Of a DNA stretch of 25,794 bases, positions 18,409 to 25,794 are shown piece by piece. Within the stretch, counting starts at the first letter, position 1, and each line of letters begins with the position of its first letter. Made by a program: the position numbers and the translations under genes. The stretch is taken from positions 17,048 to 42,841 of the forward strand of contig CAYLZE010000038.1 in NCBI GenBank assembly GCA_964388035.1, in the 5' to 3' direction. The stretch is from an uncultured archaeon (lineage in GTDB: Archaea; Asgardarchaeota; Lokiarchaeia; Sigyniarchaeales; SOKP01). The notes beneath the pieces are model-generated. The model saw only the letters and a program-made list of their open reading frames with translations, had not been told where the DNA came from and ran no database searches.

Positions 18409-19995
18409 TTACATGTAAGTAATAATCGCATTATATTTTTTTATTTCGGAATTCTCACGAGCTTTCCCTAAAGGAGTTATATAAATAATATCATTGCTCT
18501 TAATATTTAACAAGCTAAGTTTATAAGTAGGATCTTTAAACTTCTGCATGAGGGGATTCCATATGATTTCTTTTGTTATAGAATTCGTTATCATCCAAGA
18601 TTCTGGGTCTAAGCTTTTATCGATCATCTCCAAGGCTTTGAAAATGTATCCTACATCGGCGTTGAATGGGACTGCTAAGTGAATTGTTTCTTCTCCTTCA
18701 ATTTTTCCGCATGCTAAACAATTTTCTCTCTTAATGATATCGAGCACGTCAAATTGCCCATATACTCCATTATAATTCACGTAAGGAGGATACATGGGTT
18801 CACCAATGTTTCTTCCTTTAACACGAAATAGCAATTTTAATGCCTCTTGAGATTGAATGCTTGCTATGATAGAACTAACGGATTGAATAGCAGGAATCTT
18901 ATTTCCCAAGATATTTTCCATTTCATGAAATTGATAATCCGGGCCGAAGGTGGTTTTAACATTTTCTTTCCATTTTGAAAGTTCCTCTGCACTTAATTTA
19001 TCTCGTTCTTCGGGAGGTATATTTTCTTCAAGAACGCGCTGCCTCAACTTTTCTAATTCCTCTTGTGCTAATTGTTGTAATAACAATACATCTTCGTCTT
19101 TTTCTAAATCTGGCTTTCGCTCAAATTTTTTCTCGAAGTTCACTTCAGCCTTAATAACACAATCATTTCTATTTCTGGGAAGACCTTTTAAAGTACAAGC
19201 GGCGACGAGTTTGTCATCGGGTGGGGGTATTGGAATTAAGCATCTATAACATGGAGTTTGATCCAAAATATTGGGGGCATAGTTTTGTGCAAAATCAGCT
19301 TCTGCTTTGGCTCTCAATTGTTCTTGGAGGGGGTAGATTTTCTCTCTCTTGATTTTCTCGATACTATCTTCTAATTCTTCAATTCTCTTAAGTGCTTTAA
19401 AATATTCGGGATGATCCTCCTCTTTTAAGTTCCATAGTTCCTCTTCAGCTAATCTTTCAATTTCTTTCTCTTCATTTCCATATTTTATTCCACTTCCTTT
19501 AGGAATGATGATTTGCACGTGCCCTTCAAATCCCACCGTTCCTCCTTCAATCATGGGCTTTTTTACTCGTAATGCCAATTTATTTAAATCTAATCGGGCA
19601 TTAAAATTATCTAATGCTGCAATAATCACATCAGATTCTTCATATAGGGAAATAGGTAAATTCTGAAGCTTTTCAAAATGATATTCAACATCTAAATAGG
19701 GATTCATTTCTTTCAGTCTTTCAGCAGCAACTTGTGCTTTTGGCTTTCCCTCATCTCCTGACCGGAATAACATTTGACGGGACAGGTTTGAAGTTTCCAC
19801 CGTATCCAAATCTACAAGGATGAGTTTCTTTATTCCCATTAATGCAAAATCTTTCGCAATTTCACATCCCAGAGCTCCGACGCCAACAATCATGATACAA
19901 CTGGTATTTAATACTTCTTGATCCCATCCTTCAATAAGTTGTTGTCTTGCAAACATTCGTGCTTTAAATAATTGCTCGTTCTTTTTAGAAGACAT
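18409..19995 (-). CDS. ubiquitin-like activating enzyme E1 (ThiF adenylation domain plus catalytic-Cys domain, UBA3/UBA2-like)
   Basis: GVGALG, DLDTVETSNLSRQMLF, ALDNFNAR, TPCYRC, CTLKGLPRNRNDC (catalytic Cys 19197-19195), IPAIQSVSSIIA, CLAC, and a C-terminal possible ubiquitin-fold domain. Confidence 0.9.
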   Translation of the reverse strand: MSSKKNEQLFKARMFARQQLIEGWDQEVLNTSCIMIVGVGALGCEIAKDFALMGIKKLILVDLDTVETSNLSRQMLFRSGDEGKPKAQVAAERLKEMNPYLDVEYHFEKLQNLPISLYEESDVIIAALDNFNARLDLNKLALRVKKPMIEGGTVGFEGHVQIIIPKGSGIKYGNEEKEIERLAEEELWNLKEEDHPEYFKALKRIEELEDSIEKIKREKIYPLQEQLRAKAEADFAQNYAPNILDQTPCYRCLIPIPPPDDKLVAACTLKGLPRNRNDCVIKAEVNFEKKFERKPDLEKDEDVLLLQQLAQEELEKLRQRVLEENIPPEERDKLSAEELSKWKENVKTTFGPDYQFHEMENILGNKIPAIQSVSSIIASIQSQEALKLLFRVKGRNIGEPMYPPYVNYNGVYGQFDVLDIIKRENCLACGKIEGEETIHLAVPFNADVGYIFKALEMIDKSLDPESWMITNSITKEIIWNPLMQKFKDPTYKLSLLNIKSNDIIYITPLGKARENSEIKKYNAIITYM

Positions 19996-20052
19996 TTTTA
20001 AAAGCCACCATCCTTTATAATATTATAAAAACTCACCTATTAAGTCTTTTAG

Positions 20053-21624
20053 TTGGCAAATTTGAAAAAGAAGTCTCTTTTCCTGATCTCATTTATATTA
20101 TTAATATTTCCTGGCTTTTTAGTTCTCATTGAATTTAATCACTCTGAGCAAGTAGTCTCTCTGAATTTAAACGAATCTTATAAAAATAAGGAATTCCTTG
20201 ATAATGGTATAAAGAATTCCTACATGACCGGTTCAATCCAAAATTTAATGCAATTTAAAGCACGAGATTATATAAAAATACCAGAAAACTCAGGATATGA
20301 CTATTTTACGGGAAAAGGAGTCACGGTGGCTGTATTAGATACGGGAATTTATTCACACCATGAAACCGTTACGAATGACGGCAAAAATAGTTGGAAAAGA
20401 AAAATAATTGAATTTTATGATGACCGTATTAATGGGACTGCGTCTCCTTATGATATCTCATGGCATGGCACGTGGACGGCATCCATTCTCGGAGGTAAGT
20501 GTAGTAATTATGATGGAGTTGCCCCCAATGTTAATTTAGTAATATTAAAAATATTTGAAAATGAGAATGGGGAAGTAGTTTCTGATTTTGAGAAATTAAA
20601 TAATGCTGTGAATTGGATCTTGGCAAATAAAGATAAATATAATATCAAAGTGGCAAGCATGAGTTTCGGAATTGAATACAATTCTGATTATGAAAGTCTT
20701 CTCGATCAGATAAATGATGCTATTGAAAAACTCGTGCAAAATGATATATTGGTTGTTGCTGCAGCAGGTAATTACGGAAATCAACCCGATCAAGGAAAAA
20801 TAGGAACTGTTTCATCACCGGGCTCAGCTAAATCTGCTTTAACTGTTGGGGGTATTGTTAATGAAAATACCATGTATCAATTAAGCGGAAAGGGGCCAAC
20901 TCATGAAGGTGCAATGAAACCCGATACTTGTGCCCCCGCCCAAAATATATATGGTGCTACATCTTCAACTACTAGTAGCTATGCTCGTTATTCTGGTACT
21001 TCCGGATCTACTCCAATGGTGGCAGGACTTGCAGCTTTAATGCTGGAAAAAGTTCCTAATTTATCTGCTTTAGCTATGAAAAATATCATTTCATTTACTT
21101 CGTATAAGACAATAGATCCTCTCATAATTCGAGATAACAATCAAGGATGGGGTATAGTACAGGGATATGCTGCGTTAGATGCTCTTAATATACCCATTAA
21201 CATGACATTTACAACTAGAATCGATTTTAGTTTGGGAAAAGAAAAAAATGTCTTATGCATCCCTATTAATTTAATTCCCAATCATTATTTTTTCAAACTT
21301 GAAGAATTAAATACCGCTGATGCAGAAATGTATTTATTTGACACACAGCCGGATAAGTATGGAAATCCCATTTTAATTGCCAATTCAATCAATGAATTCA
21401 CTACTCATAGTAATTTAAAAACCATGGGCTTTTATTCCCAGCAAGCAAAGAATTATTATTTATTGATTAAACTAATACCTGATACGGGTTTAGGTGATTT
21501 TAGCCTTTCAATTTCATTTGATGCAAGACTGAGCGTTCTTTTTATCCTAGTAGCATGTAATGTGGGTGGTTTAATCTATATCTTAAGGAGGCATCATTCA
21601 ACATTAGTAAGAAAAGTTAATTAA
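20053..21624 (+). CDS. S8 subtilisin-like serine peptidase, membrane-anchored
   Basis: VAVLDTG, HGT..AS, AAAGN, SGTSGSTPMVAG catalytic motifs. N-terminal signal/TM and C-terminal TM with basic tail. TTG start. Confidence 0.9.
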   Translation: MANLKKKSLFLISFILLIFPGFLVLIEFNHSEQVVSLNLNESYKNKEFLDNGIKNSYMTGSIQNLMQFKARDYIKIPENSGYDYFTGKGVTVAVLDTGIYSHHETVTNDGKNSWKRKIIEFYDDRINGTASPYDISWHGTWTASILGGKCSNYDGVAPNVNLVILKIFENENGEVVSDFEKLNNAVNWILANKDKYNIKVASMSFGIEYNSDYESLLDQINDAIEKLVQNDILVVAAAGNYGNQPDQGKIGTVSSPGSAKSALTVGGIVNENTMYQLSGKGPTHEGAMKPDTCAPAQNIYGATSSTTSSYARYSGTSGSTPMVAGLAALMLEKVPNLSALAMKNIISFTSYKTIDPLIIRDNNQGWGIVQGYAALDALNIPINMTFTTRIDFSLGKEKNVLCIPINLIPNHYFFKLEELNTADAEMYLFDTQPDKYGNPILIANSINEFTTHSNLKTMGFYSQQAKNYYLLIKLIPDTGLGDFSLSISFDARLSVLFILVACNVGGLIYILRRHHSTLVRKVN

Positions 21625-21629
21625 AAATC

Positions 21630-23126
21630 TTATTTCTTCTTCGAAACTTCATCAAGCATTTTTGCTATCTCATCCAATTGTTTGCGATCCTTTTTTTCTT
21701 TAATGATTTCCACTTTATCCTTCTCTACCATTTTAGCTTTCCTTAATTCTTCCACAAATTCCTTTTTTAGATCCATTAAATCTCCCACTGACTTGCTGAA
21801 TTCTGCTGCTCGGACTTTTATGTTTTCCTTTCTTTGTTGTTCTCTAATAGTTATACCTTTTTTACTTTCTTCCATCATACTGGTAATGTTATCGGTTAAC
21901 GTCTCCAAATCATCCATGGTTTTTTCAATATTTTCATTCATGGTAGATGTTACTATCTTTTCCTCTCTTTCCCGTCTCTCATGTTCTTTTCTCTCCATCT
22001 CCTTTCTTTGTTCTGCTTGAATCTTCTTTTCTCTAATTTGATTAATTTGGATTACGATAGGATCAATATAATCATTCCAACCGACTATTTTCAATAATTC
22101 AATGGCTTCTTTTAAATTCTTAACCGCTTCATCAAACTGTTCTGCCCTTTCTTGTTTATTTGCTGAATCAATTAATTTAAATGCATTATTTTGTATTTCT
22201 TCCTCTTTTTTCCTCTTCTCTTCAAATTCTAATATAGTATGTTCCCTAAATCTTTCATGGGATTCCATCTCTATAGATTTTGCCTCACCATTTTCAAGAG
22301 AAACTTCTGAGGACGAAGTTTCTTGCACTTCTACGCTCTTGCCTTCTTGAATTTTCCTCTTTAACACTGCAATTATCTCCCCAATTTTTTGGGTCTGTAA
22401 ATTCCATCCAATGGAATTTAAAAGTTCCATTGCCTTTTGATAATTCAAAATAGCCTTCAAATAATCTTCCGCACTTTCTTGTTTCTTTGCTTCATCTAAA
22501 TATTCAAAAGCTTGAGTTTGAAGTCCTTCCTCTCTTTTCTTTTTTAATTGAAATGCTTTTATATTTTCATCGTGTATTTTTTCCTCAACTGCTTTTTCAC
22601 CTAAAAATCCCTCCTCTGCTTGAATTTTTCCTGACCTCATTTTAACTTGTGAATCAGCTCTTTCAACGGATTCTTGCTTCCTTTCTCGAGCTAAATATTG
22701 ACGTTCAGGTCTTTGTTCTAATGCCCGCAATTTTAAAGTTAAGTTCTTGAGTTGCTCTTCATTCCATCCTGCTTGTCTTAATTGCTTGATAGCAGAGGTA
22801 TAATATTGAATGGCCTCTTCCAGTTCATGCCTTGCTTCTAATTTTTTAGCTTTTTGAATGGCATTGAACGCCTGCAATTGAAGTTGATCTTTTTGTTCTT
22901 GAGAATCAACTTGTTGATACATGGTTTCGATATTAAGATGTTTTTTAAGGTTCTCAATGATTTTATTGATGTCGTCCACTCTATTTTCCATTAATCCACT
23001 TTGCTTGATTAAATCTGCTGCCTTTTGATAATACTCAATTGCCCGTGTAATATCATTATCTTTTTCAAAATCCTCGGCTAAAGATAAAGACTTAAGCGCC
23101 TTTTCTGCTAGATCATATTTTTGCAT
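21630..23126 (-). CDS. helical repeat (TPR/MIT-like x4) and coiled-coil protein
   Basis: Four repeats of A...(I/L)..A...E......A...Y..A..L....GW separated by charged linkers, then a C-terminal coiled coil. Confidence 0.75.
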   Translation of the reverse strand: MQKYDLAEKALKSLSLAEDFEKDNDITRAIEYYQKAADLIKQSGLMENRVDDINKIIENLKKHLNIETMYQQVDSQEQKDQLQLQAFNAIQKAKKLEARHELEEAIQYYTSAIKQLRQAGWNEEQLKNLTLKLRALEQRPERQYLARERKQESVERADSQVKMRSGKIQAEEGFLGEKAVEEKIHDENIKAFQLKKKREEGLQTQAFEYLDEAKKQESAEDYLKAILNYQKAMELLNSIGWNLQTQKIGEIIAVLKRKIQEGKSVEVQETSSSEVSLENGEAKSIEMESHERFREHTILEFEEKRKKEEEIQNNAFKLIDSANKQERAEQFDEAVKNLKEAIELLKIVGWNDYIDPIVIQINQIREKKIQAEQRKEMERKEHERREREEKIVTSTMNENIEKTMDDLETLTDNITSMMEESKKGITIREQQRKENIKVRAAEFSKSVGDLMDLKKEFVEELRKAKMVEKDKVEIIKEKKDRKQLDEIAKMLDEVSKKK

Positions 23127-23304
23127 TCTGGCTCATGCTCTTGTAATTTTACTTTGTTTTTAAATAGATTATAGAAATCTAATTGAAACACTTCTACTTT
23201 ATTCATGGAAATATATAAATTTATTTCTATTTTTCCTAAAAAAAATTAGGTCATTTCGCAATATCAATAAATTAAAGATTGATTAATTTTTAAACAAATT
23301 AAGA

Positions 23305-25263
23305 ATGGCTAATAATAATCAACACGTTATTGTGGATTTCGAACCCATCTCAAGACGAATACAATTCGTTCCCAAAAAATCCATTTATGAGACATTAATA
23401 TCGAGTGGTATTCGCATCAGGTCGTTATGCGGCGGATTAGGTACGTGCGGTAAGTGTAAACTAATCATTCAAAAAGGTAATGAGGGGTTAAATCCCCTTT
23501 CTTCTTCCGAACTGAAATTACTAGAAAAGGAAGAGATTGAAAACAATTTCCGCTTAGCTTGTCAAACCTACTTGAATGAGCAAAAAATTAGTGAGCTAAA
23601 AAAATTTGACCTCCCACATATCAGGATTTTCTTGCCGGATGAGATGCTGGTAGAAGATTTTAAAATCCTAACGGAGGGAATTCAAAAGAAAATTAAAATT
23701 AACCCGACCATAGAAAAGCTATTTTGCATCGTGGATAAACCCACTTTAATGTCACCAGTACCCGATTTAGAACGAATTTTAACAAAGCTGGAAATTGAAC
23801 CCCCTTCTCTCGAAAATAATTTTCATATCGAATACGAAACACTAATAAAAATCCCTGCTCTTTTAAGAGAAAGCCAAGAAGGAATCACCCTCACTCGATG
23901 GAATAATCACTCCATTATTGATCTCGAACAAGGAAATGAAGTAAAAAATAATTTTGGGATTGCATTTGATATCGGAACCACCACGGTAGTAGGCTACTTG
24001 ATGAATTTAAGTGATGGAAAGACCTATGCAGTTTCCTCTAAATTAAATCCCCAAACCGCTTTTGGAGAGGATCTAATCACCCGAATTACCTTCATTCGAG
24101 ATAATCAAAATGGCATGCAAGAACTACATGAAGCAATCATTAATGCCATGAATGAAATTATAGCGAAAGCATGTACCGCCGCTGGAGTTAAACCTTCCCA
24201 GATTTATGAAGCAAGCGTGGTAGGAAACTCCGTAATGCATCATATTTTTTTGAAAATAGATCCCTCCTATATTGGATTAAGCCCTTATGTTCCTGCAGTT
24301 CAGCGAAGCTTGAATCTTGGTGCCAGAGATTTAGGATTAAAAATGAATGCAAGAGGCAATGTCCACGTGCTACCCCTCATAGCGGGATTCGTAGGTGCAG
24401 ATACCATGGGCGTGATCCTAGCCTCCCGCATTGATAAAGAAGAGGAATTAACTTTAGCCATTGACATAGGAACTAATGGAGAAATCGTTGTAGGCAATAA
24501 AAATGTATTAGCTACGGGATCTTGCGCTGCAGGATCCGCTCTTGAAGGAGCACACATAAAAGATGGAATGCGAGCGGCTTCGGGGGCCATTGATACCGTA
24601 AAAATCGATCCTAAAAATCTCGATGTTAAATATACCACGATAAAAAATAGGCCCCCTATAGGGATATGCGGTTCGGGATTAATTGATGTCGTTGCTGAAA
24701 TGCTAAGAGCTAAAATAATAACAAGAAGTGGAAATTTCAATAAGGAATTGGTAGATCACGAGAGAATTATTAAAACGGATAAAGAATTCAAGTTCATCGT
24801 TGCAAAAAAAGAAAATACCTCCTTAGAACGAGATATCACCATTTCCCAATCCGATATTAGGCAAATACAAATGGCAAAAGCTGCCTTTTACTCGGGAATG
24901 CGAATTATCATGGAAGAATTAAAGGAAAAATCAATTGAGCAAGAGATTACGCAAATTTTTCTCGCTGGTGCATTTGGAAATTATATCGATAAAGAAAATG
25001 CCAAATTTATTGGAATGATCCCTGATATTCCAACAGAAAAAATATTTCAGATTGGAAATGCAGCAGGAACGGGAGCAAAATATTGCCTGATTAATAAGAA
25101 CCTGAGAAATAAAGCTCAATCTCTGGTCCAAAAGATATCTTATATTGAAATTGCCATTAAAAAAAGTTTTCAAAGAGAATATGCTCAAGCCATGTACTTT
25201 CCCCACATGAACCTCGATTATTTCCCCAATTTAAAAGAATATCAAGATATTCCCAAGAGATAA
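23305..25263 (+). CDS. ASKHA-domain reductive activator of corrinoid proteins (RACo / DUF4445) with N-terminal 2Fe-2S domain
   Basis: CGGLGTCGKC...RLACQ, AFDIGTTTV, NPQ..FGED.ITRI, GFVGAD, IDIGTNGE, GICGSG, LAGAFG, GNAAG.GA. Confidence 0.92.
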   Translation: MANNNQHVIVDFEPISRRIQFVPKKSIYETLISSGIRIRSLCGGLGTCGKCKLIIQKGNEGLNPLSSSELKLLEKEEIENNFRLACQTYLNEQKISELKKFDLPHIRIFLPDEMLVEDFKILTEGIQKKIKINPTIEKLFCIVDKPTLMSPVPDLERILTKLEIEPPSLENNFHIEYETLIKIPALLRESQEGITLTRWNNHSIIDLEQGNEVKNNFGIAFDIGTTTVVGYLMNLSDGKTYAVSSKLNPQTAFGEDLITRITFIRDNQNGMQELHEAIINAMNEIIAKACTAAGVKPSQIYEASVVGNSVMHHIFLKIDPSYIGLSPYVPAVQRSLNLGARDLGLKMNARGNVHVLPLIAGFVGADTMGVILASRIDKEEELTLAIDIGTNGEIVVGNKNVLATGSCAAGSALEGAHIKDGMRAASGAIDTVKIDPKNLDVKYTTIKNRPPIGICGSGLIDVVAEMLRAKIITRSGNFNKELVDHERIIKTDKEFKFIVAKKENTSLERDITISQSDIRQIQMAKAAFYSGMRIIMEELKEKSIEQEITQIFLAGAFGNYIDKENAKFIGMIPDIPTEKIFQIGNAAGTGAKYCLINKNLRNKAQSLVQKISYIEIAIKKSFQREYAQAMYFPHMNLDYFPNLKEYQDIPKR

Positions 25264-25495
25264 TTTTATTTTATTTCAATTTTTAATCACAAACTTCTTA
25301 AATACCACGATATCCCCTCCCCTAAACATTATTTCATGACGGACTTAGAGAGGAAATATCAAAATTTATAAAAGAGAAATTGTATTAGTATTTTTAAGCA
25401 AAACAAATCAAATGCTTAAAAAGAAGTAGATAAATTCTTAAATAAATAATATAATATTTAATATATAACTAAATTAAATTACCCACTATTTATCC

Positions 25496-25794
25496 ATGTC
25501 AAGTTTCAAATTAAAGGTCTTACTGACTGGCGCAGCAGCCGTCGGGAAAACTTCACTCGTACAAAGATTCATAAAAAATAGATTTGCCGCTAATTACAAG
25601 CTAACCGTTGGTGTAGACATTTTAACTAAAGACGTCGAATTCAAGCCCGGGGAGGTCGCTACACTCTCTATATGGGACATAGGGGGCCAGCAGCGCTTCG
25701 AATTCATCCGATCCACGTTCTACAAGGGCGCAGCAGGCGCATTATTAGTGTTCGACCTCACGCGAGAGCAAACCTACACGGAGACGCGAAAATG
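25496..25794 (+). CDS. Rab-like small GTPase, 3'-truncated by the window edge (absent from the ORF track)
   Basis: Hand translation: MSSFKLKVLLTGAAAVGKTSLVQRFIKNRFAANYKLTVGVDILTKDVEFKPGEVATLSIWDIGGQQRFEFIRSTFYKGAAGALLVFDLTREQTY... Shows G1, G2, G3 and RabF-like motifs. Confidence 0.93.
   Translation, partial: MSSFKLKVLLTGAAAVGKTSLVQRFIKNRFAANYKLTVGVDILTKDVEFKPGEVATLSIWDIGGQQRFEFIRSTFYKGAAGALLVFDLTREQTYTETRK

Noticed and set aside
263-25206. Antisense/overlapping ORFs in the track (e.g. 4088-4438, 6022-6327, 12814-13131, 17290-17526, 18950-19249, 21682-22020, 24300-24740)
   Set aside because: Shadows of well-supported genes on the opposite strand or in another frame, with no motifs.
1-25794. 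Selenoprotein (in-frame TGA/SECIS), CRISPR array, rRNA, transposase or integrase next to the tRNA
   Set aside because: TGA-ending genes end where their families normally end. No repeat-spacer array, recombinase or duplicated tRNA 3' end (att site) was seen.

Overview
AT-rich archaeal window, most likely from an Asgard (Lokiarchaeota-like) genome. It has an archaeal C1:G72 tRNA-Tyr with bulge-helix-bulge (BHB) introns, eukaryote-like ubiquitin E1 and E2 genes, and a Rab-like GTPase. About 22 CDSs are present. They include an OYE-family oxidoreductase (partial), ferredoxins, a dispersed PEP-utilising dikinase module, an RHH/aspartyl-protease fusion, AcuC/HDAC, an ArgF'-type carbamoyltransferase, a PDCD5-like protein, a Gfo/Idh/MocA oxidoreductase, a GT-C-like membrane protein, HAD, a subtilase, a helical-repeat protein and a RACo/ASKHA activator. 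Main finding: the E2 gene (17093-17632) looks broken by an in-frame TAG, but the stop lies inside a 30-nt stem-loop with tRNA-type BHB/BHL splice geometry (17286-17315). Cutting at the standard endonuclease positions removes the stop and restores a 169-aa E2 with canonical PP-x5-T-xx-WHPN spacing. This is a candidate tRNA-endonuclease-spliced mRNA intron in an archaeal ubiquitin-system gene, and it sits head-to-head with a tRNA-Tyr carrying two such introns. All family calls come from motif recognition by eye, not database searches.
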